From: an uncultured archaeon
GTDB taxonomy: Archaea; Thermoplasmatota; Penumbrarchaeia; JASLWR01
DNA length: 64,000 bases
NCBI GenBank assembly: GCA_964342815.1
Contig: CAYFHS010000005.1
Span: 88,513 to 152,512, forward strand
Direction: 5' to 3'
The notes under the pieces are model-generated. The model was not told where the DNA came from, made no database searches, and saw only the letters and a list, made by a program, of their open reading frames with translations. Shown in pieces: positions 1-10,253 of the stretch (positions within the stretch are counted from its first letter, which is position 1; every line of letters starts with the position of its first letter). The translations under genes and the position numbers were made by a program.

Positions 1-2
1 TC

Positions 3-3000
3 GATATATGGAGAATGGCGCTGGACGGAAGCGATCACCGCCAGCTAACCGATAATGACATTGACGAGATAAAACCCACCTCCGATGATGACGGACGAAA
101 AATAGTTTTCACGGGGGAAAACAATATTTACATTATGGATTTCGACGGAAGCGATCAGGAGAATATTGTCGATGACGTGCCGGAGGAATTCACCTTGACG
201 GATGCCAGTATATCTGCAGATCGAACTTGGGTGATCTTTTCCTCCAATATGGACAACGATACTGACAAGAACTGGGGGGACTATGGTTATTTCACCAGCA
301 TCTCAATGGATATCTGGAAGTGCGAGATCGACGGTGACAATGCGGAACAGCTGACGGATCATAACTGGGATGAATACTCGCCGTCACTCTCCCCAGACGG
401 GGAAAAAATTGTATTCGTCGCCGAGGAAAGTGCCGGGGACGAGGATATTCATATTATGGATAGTGAAGGCGATAATTGGGAACGCCTGGTCACGTGGCAG
501 AACAAGGACGATTCTTATCCGTCTTTTTCATCAAGCGGCCGTTTTATTATCTACGGCGACGGCAACAACGACGACAAAAAAGCAGTAATGTATGATCTGG
601 ACACGGGGAAGTCGAATTATATAAGTGCCGAGACCGTTGACGAGAGAGGCGAATATGTAGAGGAGAATGTCAAAGGAAGGTATATGCGTTTCTACCCTCC
701 CACAGATAATATCAATGAAATGAAGGTAATTTATTCTGCCACTTCGGGTGCATTTTATCCGAAACTTAGCATATGGATATCGGAAAAGGTAAGGTTCTCC
801 TATAACGTCAATATCGGGCCCATCGAGAGGGAATCGGGTAGCTACGATCACGATCCCATGGAAGGAGCCTCTGTGGCTTTTACTTTTGAACAGGTTTATT
901 ACGAGAACCTTACGGACGAAAACGGCTGGGCAAGTTTTACACTCCCCGTTGGAAAACTTCCCGGTGTCGAAATAAACGCCTCTGTGGGTGATGAGTGGAT
1001 AACCTGGAATTCCAACTATAATCCCCCCGAATTTTCAAATGATCTCGTGGAAATCGGACCCGTAAAGCTCCATACCGAGGAGACGGAATACTGGGGCCTT
1101 CCGCTTCAAGGAGTATTAGTGAGTTTCGCGTACAAGGAGATTACATACGAGGACACAACCGATGAAGAGGGTAAGGCACATTTCAGACTCGTAATAAATG
1201 GGAAACGTGTGGATTGGCTTCCCTCCGGTACCATAATAAGTGCAACGTGGGATGGTGAAACACAGACGTGGGAGGACGGGGATGATGAAGCCGAATTTCA
1301 TCGGTATATGATCGAGCTGGGCCCCATAGTGTTGAAAACGGATTCGTCCAGTTATTATGGTGACCGGGTACAGGGAGCTGCGATAAGTTTTTCGTTTGAA
1401 GGGGATGATTACGAAAATATCACCGATGAAGACGGATATGCCCATTTTGGGCCGTTTGGGATCGAAGAACTTCCGGCCGGAACCCTTATTAACGTAAGCT
1501 ACAAGGAGGAATGGATCAGCTGGGAGCAGGGCGATTATTCTATCCCGAATTTCGCGAGCTACACTGTAAGTATAGGGCCAATAAATCGCCTTACAGATGA
1601 ATGGGACTACTCCGGTACCGCTGTGAAGGGTGCTGTTGTAAGTTTCGAATACAAAGGAAAGCGTTACAAGAACATCACAGATGACGAAGGTAAGGCTCAT
1701 TTTACTCTGGATGTGAAAAAGCTTCCTGCAGGGATCGAAATAAAGGCCGAGAAAGGTGGAGATGAAATATCCTGGGAGCAGGATCAATCGATACCAAAAT
1801 TCCAGTACGAGCCCACGGCATCGGATTGGATCATGGACTACCTTGGTCTTTTGATCGTTGGCGGATTTTTCCTTCTTATAGTAATTATTAGTATCATCCA
1901 GAGGTTGGTGGTGAAAAAGACCAGGAATCGCGGGAAACAGCAGTTCGGTATGCAAAAACCGCAGCCAATGTCGGAAGGCGCATTTGATATTGGAAAGAGC
2001 TCGGCGGCCAAGGGAAATGACCTGTTCAACCGAAAGAAGTTTCCGGAAGCTCTTGGACAGTACCAGATGGCATTGAGCAAGCTCGATCTGGCGCAGACCT
2101 GGGCGAAAAAGGAGAAGGATCAGGTATTGATCGGCACCATCGAAGATATGCTTTCCAGCGTGCGTAATAATATTGTTTCCTGTGAACTGGCCGTGGATAA
2201 GAGAACAGTGGAAGAGGGTTACCGGGATGCCGAAAGGAGATTCGACTCAGCATTGAAATCCATCAGGGACGATAAACTCTTCGAGGGACGGAGGACCCTG
2301 ATGGAATTATCCCGTAAACTGGAACACCTCATAACAATAGCAAAGAGCAGGAATTTCGTCCAGGCCATCAAGAACATCACAACCTTTCTGGTTAAGGTGC
2401 GGGAAAACATAAACATCGCAGATATGAAGATGAGCCAGGGGGTGGATGCAGTCAGTTTCGGCGGTGTCCCTGAAATCGGATCTGCAGGGGTCATGGCACT
2501 GGACGTTGCGATATCTGGAACAACCAAGCACCAGGGAGGTTACGTTGTTGAATCGCTCACCATGAAGAACAACACCATGTTCGACGTAAGCTCGGCAGAG
2601 CTTAAGATATCCTTCGATTCCAATATTCTGCGCCTGTCCCACACCTACCCGCCCCTGCCATTCTCGGAGAAGGAGGTATCCGTGGGCATGCTTGCCAAGG
2701 GCGAGGAAAAAAAGATTGGCCTGTATTTCGATCCTCTGGTCTCCACCTCCACATATCTTGACCTGTCCCTCATTTACGCTGATTCCCGGGGAAGCTACAA
2801 GAGCGTATCAATGGGCCGAAAGAAGATTGATATCCAATCCCCCGATTTCGTTCGTGACGACAACATAAACATAGCGACTCTGCGGGAAATTATGGTGTCC
2901 AATGCTAGATATCAGGACTCGAAAGTTTACGGTATCGATCCAAAGGTGCCTCTAAAGGACGTTCTGACCCTGGCCAAGGAGGGTATTTCAGAAGCCAACA

Positions 3001-3524
3001 TTTCCAAGGTGAGGGATACTGCCAGCCATGACATGGAATCCTCGTGGTTCTATGCCACAGCCGGTAGCGGTGAAAGCATAGTGATCAGGGCCTCTGTGAT
3101 CTCTAGCAGACGGGTTCTGGAGATATTTTGCGCTTGTACCAAGCGTGAGCATCTTACCACGGTTCTTGCCGACATCTCCCAGAGAGTAATGGCTAAACTT
3201 AACGAAAGATGGCGTCAGCTGCAGCCGGTAACACAGGTGAACGTTGAGATAAAGGATTCCATCATCCAAAGATCTAACTTGGACTTTGGAGGGATGGGTG
3301 GGAAAGGAACGGGAGGAATAAAAATATCGGATTCGGTTGTCACGCGTTCTACCGTCGGGTCCGGCAGCGAGGGGAATATTAGCGTTTATCGTAATCTTTT
3401 GATAATTGCACTGCAGGACGGGTATATCAACGAGAATGAAGAGAGAATGCTGGCGGACTCACGGAAAAAGCTTGGAATCTCGATTGATCAGCATCAGAGC
3501 TTGCTAATGGCATTGAACAGGTGA
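3..3524 (+). CDS. Large single-pass membrane protein, 5'-truncated: TolB/PD40-like beta-propeller repeats, 4 repeated Ig-like units, TM helix, helical region, adaptin-appendage-like region, C-terminal TerB-like motif
   Basis: The frame is open to the window edge (GAT ATA TGG AGA ATG = DIWRM, matching the internal repeat DIWKCEIDGD). PD40-like motifs include SPSLSPDGEKIVF and YPSFSSSGRFIIY. Four xGPx...GAxVSFxF/Y...YENxTDExGxAHF units follow. TM helix is YLGLLIVGGFFLLIVIISII. Confidence 0.8.
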   Translation, partial: DIWRMALDGSDHRQLTDNDIDEIKPTSDDDGRKIVFTGENNIYIMDFDGSDQENIVDDVPEEFTLTDASISADRTWVIFSSNMDNDTDKNWGDYGYFTSISMDIWKCEIDGDNAEQLTDHNWDEYSPSLSPDGEKIVFVAEESAGDEDIHIMDSEGDNWERLVTWQNKDDSYPSFSSSGRFIIYGDGNNDDKKAVMYDLDTGKSNYISAETVDERGEYVEENVKGRYMRFYPPTDNINEMKVIYSATSGAFYPKLSIWISEKVRFSYNVNIGPIERESGSYDHDPMEGASVAFTFEQVYYENLTDENGWASFTLPVGKLPGVEINASVGDEWITWNSNYNPPEFSNDLVEIGPVKLHTEETEYWGLPLQGVLVSFAYKEITYEDTTDEEGKAHFRLVINGKRVDWLPSGTIISATWDGETQTWEDGDDEAEFHRYMIELGPIVLKTDSSSYYGDRVQGAAISFSFEGDDYENITDEDGYAHFGPFGIEELPAGTLINVSYKEEWISWEQGDYSIPNFASYTVSIGPINRLTDEWDYSGTAVKGAVVSFEYKGKRYKNITDDEGKAHFTLDVKKLPAGIEIKAEKGGDEISWEQDQSIPKFQYEPTASDWIMDYLGLLIVGGFFLLIVIISIIQRLVVKKTRNRGKQQFGMQKPQPMSEGAFDIGKSSAAKGNDLFNRKKFPEALGQYQMALSKLDLAQTWAKKEKDQVLIGTIEDMLSSVRNNIVSCELAVDKRTVEEGYRDAERRFDSALKSIRDDKLFEGRRTLMELSRKLEHLITIAKSRNFVQAIKNITTFLVKVRENINIADMKMSQGVDAVSFGGVPEIGSAGVMALDVAISGTTKHQGGYVVESLTMKNNTMFDVSSAELKISFDSNILRLSHTYPPLPFSEKEVSVGMLAKGEEKKIGLYFDPLVSTSTYLDLSLIYADSRGSYKSVSMGRKKIDIQSPDFVRDDNINIATLREIMVSNARYQDSKVYGIDPKVPLKDVLTLAKEGISEANISKVRDTASHDMESSWFYATAGSGESIVIRASVISSRRVLEIFCACTKREHLTTVLADISQRVMAKLNERWRQLQPVTQVNVEIKDSIIQRSNLDFGGMGGKGTGGIKISDSVVTRSTVGSGSEGNISVYRNLLIIALQDGYINENEERMLADSRKKLGISIDQHQSLLMALNR

Positions 3525-3541
3525 TCTTGCCTATCCGTTTT

Positions 3542-3678
3542 CACGTAATGTCAGGAACATTTAGACTGACTTCTTGGTAAAGTTGAGCCAGAATGGATCG
3601 GCTTTACACGTAAAGTCAGGAACATTTGGACTGACTTCTTGGTAAAGACGTGCCAGAATGGGACGGCTTTACACGTAA
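3542..3678. repeat. Tandem 65-bp direct repeat (2 copies plus a 7-bp remnant) overlapping the thiL 3' end
   Basis: Copies 3542-3606 and 3607-3671 are identical at 58/65 positions; CACGTAA recurs at 3542, 3607 and 3672. Confidence 0.9.
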
Positions 3679-4710
3679 ATGTTCCCAACCCTTGTCACTT
3701 ACCGGGACAATATCTTCTCCGCTTATCAATGAAATATCTTTTCCCGTTACCTTCCCTATTGGCGTTAAGACCGGCAGTTTCTCGTCTTTCTCGAACATTC
3801 TTTCCACCCGTTCCAAGTCCCTTTCGGCCACGGTAAACAAAAGACCGAAATCGCCCCCCCGGTATAAAGCTGACTCAACCGCTTCGTCTTCGCTTAATCC
3901 GGAAAGTTCCAGGTCGGGATCCAAGGGAAGTTGGTTTCGCTCTACTAGAAAACCAATCCCGTTCTGACGCGACAGCTCGTGCAGCGACATTGCCAGTCCG
4001 TCGGAGTTGTCCATTCCCGAACTGACGAGTTTGGATTTTGATAGGGAAAGTCCTGCTTCCACATGCGGTAATATCTTGAGCATCTTTTCGTAATATTCAT
4101 ACGCACCTTCGCTATTCTTGACATGCCAATATGGACTTCCCACCCCTTTTTCGAACGACTTCATTTGAATATAATCATTTACCATTCTCAGAGCCGCTAT
4201 CCCGCGTCCAAGTGTGCCTGTGACGCAAACGATGTCCCCCTCACTGCATCCTTTTCGGGAGATGAACCGGTCTGACTTGCATCTACCGATAGCAGTGGGA
4301 GCCATTATGAGCGAAGGGGCGAACTTTGTATCGCCTCCGATCACCGGCATGTCGTATCTTTTGGCGCAGTCGTTGAAACCCGACAGCAATAATTCGAACC
4401 AGGATAATGGAAAATCAGAGGGAAGAGCAACGTCAAGTAATATACCTGAAGGTTTTCCCCCCTTGGCTGCCAGGTCCGAGAGGTTCACTGCCGCCGCATA
4501 CCATCCGCATAGACTCGGGGGTGATCCCGCCGGAAAATGAGTGGTCGAGCACGTAAGATCGCTGGTGACAAGAATAAGTCCGGTTCCCGAGGTCAAGGCC
4601 GCTGTGTCGTCCCCAATACCAACGGCGATCCCAAGTAAGGAGACGTTCCGGGAAAAAATATTACGGGCGATCTCGACGAGCTTCTTCTCTCCAACGTCAG
4701 ACACACGCAT
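3616..4710 (-). CDS. thiL: Thiamine-monophosphate kinase
   Basis: Motifs VGEKKLV, GIGDDTAAL, AVNLSDLAAKGG, IGGDT, MDNSDGL, GGDFGLLFT and the terminal GWEH. Confidence 0.93.
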   Translation of the reverse strand: MRVSDVGEKKLVEIARNIFSRNVSLLGIAVGIGDDTAALTSGTGLILVTSDLTCSTTHFPAGSPPSLCGWYAAAVNLSDLAAKGGKPSGILLDVALPSDFPLSWFELLLSGFNDCAKRYDMPVIGGDTKFAPSLIMAPTAIGRCKSDRFISRKGCSEGDIVCVTGTLGRGIAALRMVNDYIQMKSFEKGVGSPYWHVKNSEGAYEYYEKMLKILPHVEAGLSLSKSKLVSSGMDNSDGLAMSLHELSRQNGIGFLVERNQLPLDPDLELSGLSEDEAVESALYRGGDFGLLFTVAERDLERVERMFEKDEKLPVLTPIGKVTGKDISLISGEDIVPVSDKGWEHLRVKPSHSGTSLPRSQSKCS

Positions 4711-4770
4711 GGAATCACGAAAAAGATGTCCGGGGCAGTTATACCCCTCTATGAAGAGTATTGTGAATGC

Positions 4771-5064
4771 TTAAGCCTTCATTATGCAGAACAGGAACAA
4801 AAGCAATCCAACAATGGCCCCAATCCCCGCTCCGAGGATGCCCAGAAGATGTTCCCGTATCCAGACCTCTGTAATACTGCCGAATTCAGCAAACTGCGTG
4901 ACTACAACGAAAGCAACACAAAAAAGTCCTATCAGCATGAGTATTGTGCCTATCGATCTGCTCTTGCCAGCACCGAAATAAGCGGCAAAAACACCAGTGA
5001 CCAGTGTGGTCACGCCAAACCAAAGTATCAAGCTTATTATGAAAATCGATAAAAGGGGTCCCAT
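4771..5064 (-). CDS. Small multi-pass membrane protein (about 3 TM helices), function unknown
   Basis: 97-aa hydrophobic ORF with the motif FAAYFGAGKSRSIG, co-oriented between the Lrp gene and thiL. Confidence 0.75.
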   Translation of the reverse strand: MGPLLSIFIISLILWFGVTTLVTGVFAAYFGAGKSRSIGTILMLIGLFCVAFVVVTQFAEFGSITEVWIREHLLGILGAGIGAIVGLLLFLFCIMKA

Positions 5065-5197
5065 GGGATACCTCCAAATCTCTACATACCCGGAAATGAG
5101 TGATACTATATATTAACTTTGTTTTCTCCTTGCTGGAAATATAACCTTGCCGATGCTGGATTGGAACAAGCCGCTAAAGCTCGAAGTTTGCGCTACT

Positions 5198-5431
5198 CTA
5201 GAATTTGATTCCAGTAAGTGTTTTCGTATCAATAACACCCTCGATTGATCGTATACCGTCAACCACTATCTTTCCCAATTCGTTAAAATCTTCGGTCTCG
5301 AGTTTTGCTATAAGATCGTACTCACCGAAGAGCGGATGCAGCTCGATGATGTCCGGAAGTTCTTTAAGCTTGTTGAATACTTCATGTTCCTTAGCAGGTG
5401 CAGTGCTTATCAATACGTAACCTATTGCCAT
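5198..5431 (-). CDS. Lrp/AsnC ligand-binding (RAM) domain protein without an HTH
   Basis: MAIGYVLI...ELHPLFGEYDLIAKLE...IRSIEGVIDTKTL is the typical stand-alone AsnC ligand-binding pattern. Confidence 0.9.
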   Translation of the reverse strand: MAIGYVLISTAPAKEHEVFNKLKELPDIIELHPLFGEYDLIAKLETEDFNELGKIVVDGIRSIEGVIDTKTLTGIKF

Positions 5432-5770
5432 ATTACTCCCGTTTTAAATATCAGAATCGTCTCTATATAATGGTTTGTGTTGAATTGGTTTTTTTTATCA
5501 TTTAGGAAATACAGACCATGCCCACTTTGTTCGGCAGAATCAAAGATTCTGCTGCACCTTCGATTTCCCCCGAAAATCTGCAGGTTCAGTCGATTTTTTT
5601 CGTCAATCGCGAGAACTGTACCCCCCTCTTTTTTTGGGCTGCTTTTTCCAAAAAAGTAGTTTTGGGCCGCTTTTTTTTCTAAAAAAAGTGATTTTTCATC
5701 ATTTTGGGGAATACAATTCGTCAAAAAATGCAAACTGAGAGGTGGTGGCGGGTCTACATTTAAGAGGATA

Positions 5771-8700
5771 CTATTTCCTCACAGCCCAAAGGAAAGCCAG
5801 GGTCAACACAGTACCCAGAACTATAATACCGGCAACAGCCATGATCCAGTAGGCGACACCCCCCATTACCCCCGAAGAACCTTCGATTAACACGGGTTTC
5901 TCGATACTATTGTCCTGTTTGTCCTTTTCCACTATGAGGTTATCCGGATCCACTACCACTTTGAGCTTGCATTCCGAAATATCCGGGACCTTCCACGTAA
6001 AGGCTACCATCTGAGTATTTCCAGCAAGGATCGTTCTGATCGGCATGGTGGCGACAGCCTGTCCGTCCACATAGAGACGGACCTGGACATCTTCCGCGCG
6101 AATATCTCCGGTGTTCTTAATGTTGACCATCACTGATACAAGCTCACCCGTTTCAATGCTGCCGGGGAGCTCGATGTCGCCTACAAATGTGAGATCGGCA
6201 TTCCTTACGCTTACCGTGGATTGTATCACAGGAAGTTCGAGACCAGGTGAGCTAATGCAAAATGAACTAACGTTGAAACTGACATCTCTCGCTGAGGCAT
6301 ACCGCGGTATCTCTACGGTCAGCGTAACCCAGGCAACACCTTTCCTAGGGATCCTGATAGTTATTTCATTAAGAATGATGAGTTCTTCTCTCATGTTGCT
6401 TGGTTCATACGCAGTGCTGCGGTCAAGGTTAGTTACGTCCACGGTCTGGGTGAAATCTACGAATTCCACATTATTGATGCCTGATATCTGTTCATCCAGG
6501 GAAACACTCGAAAAGAAAATCGTCCATGGTTTTCTTATACCAGTTGCCGGGTAGATATCCATGGGGAGATCCTCGATATTGAGCTGTATCTCGTCCCAGG
6601 CATTTCCTTCATTACGCACGCAGATCCGGAAAAGGGTAAAAGCACCAGGTTCGGTGATCTCAATATCTCCGGATGAGAATATTTCAACTGAAGACTTCCG
6701 GTTTACCTGTACGGAAAGGAAGAGATATTCGAAATTCTCCTCGCCGCTGATGTTGACAATTATAGAAAACGGGTCGAAGCTCGGGGTTTCCGGGATACCG
6801 TCTGCAAGAGCATTAAAGGGGACCGTTATATCCAACCTCAGGTTAACGGTTTGGAACGGTTCCAGTGTGACATAATCTACTGACAATCCTTCAAAAAGGA
6901 AATCGAATTCCCAGTCAATTTCAAGTTGGAACATGTAGAAGTTTGCTCCGGTCAAACCATTGCCGAGATTGCTCACTGATAGATTTAGGGAAATTTTATC
7001 ACCAGGATTCAGGTTATAATAGTCGGTGTCCTCAAGAGAAGCGCTGATCAAACAGAAGCGGTTTACTATGGTTGTAAGGTATACCGAATCCACAACCTTA
7101 TCAACGGAGGGCATATTCACCTTCACCTCAAGAACACAGCGGGAACCTTCGAGAGCGCCTTTTGGTGCCGTCATGGTTATGGAAACGGTCTTTTTCTGCC
7201 TGGCTTGTAAAATGATCGTAGGCATGTCGGTAACGGCAGTCCATCCCGATATCATCGGGCCCAGCTGGATCTCAATATTCTCTCGGCTGTTTCCATTGTT
7301 TCTGACGCTTATCAAAAAGGTGACGGATTTTCCCGGATCAACGTATTTCACAGCCTCCTCGCATTCGATCTCCACTGCCCGGAACGCGCTGACCTCGAAG
7401 ATGATCTCATCATCGTGCTTTCCCTTTGCGTCCTGCCCGCTCAGTTTGGAGAGATATGATTCGCCAACAGCAGTAACTATCGCCGTCTCCCCCTCCTTGG
7501 CATCAATTGGCGGTGTTATAAAAATGGTTATACCAGAGGTATTATCTTCGAAATGATATGAGGACAGCTTGATATTGCTCAGAGACATTTCGCCCTCGTC
7601 GAAGACCCAATCGGGATTACGTTCCGTGTCAATGTTGATCTTCCAATCGCTTGGCACGCCCTGGAGATTTATCTTGTATGTATCGTTGATATTGCCTATG
7701 TTGTTGATGCCGAGGGTAGCCACAGTGGTCTTTCCCGGGTCCACGATTATCTTTTTCTCATCGTTCACATCGGTCTTCACTGCCCAGTTCACATTGAAAC
7801 CCAGGTCCACGATTATGACGTTGGTGGTCCATATAGTGTCAGTGGCATTCTCTGGGTCACCGGTGGACGTGGCTGTCACATTGATTATAGCGTAATCTCC
7901 GTCCGTGACGTTGGTCAGGGGGGCTGTGACAGTAAGTGTGATTAGCTCCGATTCTCTGGTATCCAGTTCTGACGTCTCTTCAACGTTCAAAGAAGCGGTC
8001 CAGTTGCCGGGAACATTCGGAATTTCCAGTTTTATGGTGTCCGATCTGAGTCCAAGATTCCAGACCTCTATGTCGAATGTATGGGTCTCCCCGGGTTCAT
8101 ATATGTAAACAAGAGGTTTTGGAAGACCTGTATATGGGTCCTTTTCACCTGAGATCAGGGCCACCTCATAGGCCCGGGGCGCCAACCAATTGATGATACC
8201 CAGACCGAATTCGGCATTGTGCTCGTCCCAGAAATCAACTTTCCCATCCTCGTCGCAATCATACGTATCCCCGAAAACATTGCAATCGGGTACGAACACA
8301 GCTCTACCCGCTCCGGTACAGTTGCCATTGGGAATGGCTAGGCATGCGGGTTCACCATTGAAGTTAGAGGAACCGTCAGTATCCGTTATGATTATTTTTC
8401 GGGATTCGGCAGGATTTTCCATTGTATATGCGTTGGAACAGTAGTATTGTATCGATGGAGCGTTTTCAGTGATTATGTATATTTGATCGGGATCGTTCTC
8501 GTAGCCGGGGACGTCATTGGTGGGCATGTTGTCGTCACCGGGAACATTGTTATCCTCGTATATCACCCAGTAGTTATAGGGGCCAGTATAATCGTTTACA
8601 TCAGTAACCACATCGGACCCCCATCTTACGAAAAAACGCATTGCGATATCATTTACCTGAGCGGGGAAATTGGAATGGTCCGCTATCAGAAGCAATCCAC

Positions 8701-9265
8701 CTCCGTTCTTCACGAAATCTTCGATCACATCGATCTCCGAATTTCTGTAATTCCCGTTGAATGTCATCGGAACTACGAGAACGTCGATATCCTCCAAGGC
8801 CTCCTTGGTGAATAACTCCCCTTCATTGAGCAGTACGACCTCATATTTATTTTCGGTTTCGAAGGTGTGGCCCGGGTGCGAGGCTTCCATTCCTTCCGGG
8901 TCTCTTAGAACGTCGGCAAAACTGCTGTGGCCCCCCTCCCCCACGTTACCCCAGCCGTGTACGTCATCGGCCTCGTTTGCGGGATCAACACTGAAAGCCG
9001 GCAAATGTGCATCGTCGAACATTACTTTGATCACATCGCTGTCTCTGGAACTGCGGCTATATTTATTTTCACCAGATAATCTCTCTTCGCCATCATTCCC
9101 TTTGGCAACTTCATCAATGGAGTCCACACCTTGAAACTTGGAACCGTTTTCGTCAATAATAATTTTATTTTCCGTATCATTCGTCCAATCAATATTTGAG
9201 ACAAATTGGGTAAAAAGTACACCTAACATAAGAATAATTATAGCGGGGATTAGCATCTTTTTCAT
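5771..9265 (-). CDS. Large surface protein: signal peptide, GldG/DUF4350-like glutamine-amidotransferase-like domain, NEW3/Ig-like repeats, CARDB domain, C-terminal TM anchor
   Basis: N-terminal hydrophobic segment; VMFDDAH...IEDFVKNGGGLLLIADH; repeated NxGNxxD Ig-like units; VNIKNTGDIRAEDVQVRLYVDG...VVVDPDNLIVE (CARDB); terminal TM helix followed by RK. Confidence 0.8.
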   Translation of the reverse strand: MKKMLIPAIIILMLGVLFTQFVSNIDWTNDTENKIIIDENGSKFQGVDSIDEVAKGNDGEERLSGENKYSRSSRDSDVIKVMFDDAHLPAFSVDPANEADDVHGWGNVGEGGHSSFADVLRDPEGMEASHPGHTFETENKYEVVLLNEGELFTKEALEDIDVLVVPMTFNGNYRNSEIDVIEDFVKNGGGLLLIADHSNFPAQVNDIAMRFFVRWGSDVVTDVNDYTGPYNYWVIYEDNNVPGDDNMPTNDVPGYENDPDQIYIITENAPSIQYYCSNAYTMENPAESRKIIITDTDGSSNFNGEPACLAIPNGNCTGAGRAVFVPDCNVFGDTYDCDEDGKVDFWDEHNAEFGLGIINWLAPRAYEVALISGEKDPYTGLPKPLVYIYEPGETHTFDIEVWNLGLRSDTIKLEIPNVPGNWTASLNVEETSELDTRESELITLTVTAPLTNVTDGDYAIINVTATSTGDPENATDTIWTTNVIIVDLGFNVNWAVKTDVNDEKKIIVDPGKTTVATLGINNIGNINDTYKINLQGVPSDWKINIDTERNPDWVFDEGEMSLSNIKLSSYHFEDNTSGITIFITPPIDAKEGETAIVTAVGESYLSKLSGQDAKGKHDDEIIFEVSAFRAVEIECEEAVKYVDPGKSVTFLISVRNNGNSRENIEIQLGPMISGWTAVTDMPTIILQARQKKTVSITMTAPKGALEGSRCVLEVKVNMPSVDKVVDSVYLTTIVNRFCLISASLEDTDYYNLNPGDKISLNLSVSNLGNGLTGANFYMFQLEIDWEFDFLFEGLSVDYVTLEPFQTVNLRLDITVPFNALADGIPETPSFDPFSIIVNISGEENFEYLFLSVQVNRKSSVEIFSSGDIEITEPGAFTLFRICVRNEGNAWDEIQLNIEDLPMDIYPATGIRKPWTIFFSSVSLDEQISGINNVEFVDFTQTVDVTNLDRSTAYEPSNMREELIILNEITIRIPRKGVAWVTLTVEIPRYASARDVSFNVSSFCISSPGLELPVIQSTVSVRNADLTFVGDIELPGSIETGELVSVMVNIKNTGDIRAEDVQVRLYVDGQAVATMPIRTILAGNTQMVAFTWKVPDISECKLKVVVDPDNLIVEKDKQDNSIEKPVLIEGSSGVMGGVAYWIMAVAGIIVLGTVLTLAFLWAVRK

Positions 9266-9512
9266 CTATTACACTTCCAAAGTATCAGCATCTCTTCTCT
9301 ATTTGACTAAAGGGTAATGGCAATGATATTATTTTTACTCTTTTATATTATTGATAAAAAGAACGTTTGATCGTGTTTGAAATCGGGTTCAATTGATCCT
9401 TGAGACTTTTTTTAAATCATATATCACCATCATACTTTTCTCATTGATTCAATATGTGGAAAATGTTGAAATATCATTACAGTAATTCACCGCCCCTTAG
9501 AAGGGATTGATA

Positions 9513-9791
9513 ATGGCAAGAAGGACCAAGAAAGCAGGGATCGTCGCAACATTCGGTGCCAGATACGGCACAAGTGTTCGAAAGAAATACAAAAAGGCGG
9601 CTGAGTCCTCCAGGAAAAAGTATCAATGTCCGAAATGTACATATTCTTCCGTAAAGAGGATATCCAGTGGTATCTGGCAGTGCAGGCATTGCAAGTATAA
9701 ATTTGCTGGTGGAGCCTATCAGCCCCTGTCCGACGCCATGAAGAACAGATTGTTGATATTCAAAAAGGTAAATGAACAGATGGACCGGTGA
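9513..9791 (+). CDS. rpl37ae: 50S ribosomal protein L37Ae (eL43)
   Basis: MARRTKKAG...FGARYG...CPKC...GIWQCRHC...FAGGAYQP; ATG at 9513. Confidence 0.97.
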   Translation: MARRTKKAGIVATFGARYGTSVRKKYKKAAESSRKKYQCPKCTYSSVKRISSGIWQCRHCKYKFAGGAYQPLSDAMKNRLLIFKKVNEQMDR

Positions 9792-9797
9792 GCTACA

Positions 9798-9938
9798 ATG
9801 GACTTTAAATGCGGATATTGCGGGGAGATAATAAGGGACGATGATAACATTCTCAAGGTCCAGTGCACCCGATGCGGTGGAAAGGTACTTTATAAGAGAA
9901 GGATACGCACCACCATAAAAAAGGTTACAGCCATTTGA
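9798..9938 (+). CDS. rpoP: DNA-directed RNA polymerase subunit P (Rpo12); not in the ORF track (46 aa)
   Basis: Manual translation MDFKCGYCGEIIRDDDNILKVQCTRCGGKVLYKRRIRTTIKKVTAI shows two CxxC pairs and the KVLYKRR motif, in its canonical position after rpl37ae. Confidence 0.9.
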   Translation: MDFKCGYCGEIIRDDDNILKVQCTRCGGKVLYKRRIRTTIKKVTAI

Positions 9939-9942
9939 TTTC

Positions 9943-10194
9943 ATGGTCGAGAGCAACGTAGAAGCAAGGTGCCTTATATCGCTGCCACTGGGGGCGAGGG
10001 AAGGAGATGTGATTCGCCGGGCTCTTCTCGTGGAGAGGGAGTCCCGGGTTCCCAAAACTGAAATATCTCTAAGCCAGGAAGGAAACACGCTTCTTTTGGA
10101 GATCACTGCCGAAGACAGCTCCTCCCTGAGAGCAAGTATCAATTCTTATATGAACTGGATTTCCTCGCTTGTGAACCTTATAGAAACTCTCTGA
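9943..10194 (+). CDS. pcc1: KEOPS complex subunit Pcc1
   Basis: LEITAEDSSSLRASINSYMNWI motif and canonical position between rpoP and pfdB. Confidence 0.88.
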   Translation: MVESNVEARCLISLPLGAREGDVIRRALLVERESRVPKTEISLSQEGNTLLLEITAEDSSSLRASINSYMNWISSLVNLIETL

Positions 10195-10253
10195 TCCAAC
10201 ACAACCGATCCAATTATCTGACATTTTGCTTTGCACAGCAGGGGGACAATGCT

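Noticed and set aside
3542-3678. CRISPR array
   Set aside because: Contiguous 65-bp tandem units with no unique spacers and no cas genes. The same applies to the 33-bp and 45-bp intragenic repeats.
4711-4770. TPP riboswitch upstream of thiL
   Set aside because: The gap is only 60 bp and lacks the CTGAGA and CCTGA core motifs.
5422-5733. 103-aa minus-strand ORF and overlapping short ORFs
   Set aside because: Lie in an AT- and homopolymer-rich promoter gap, overlap the Lrp start, and have no protein-like motif.
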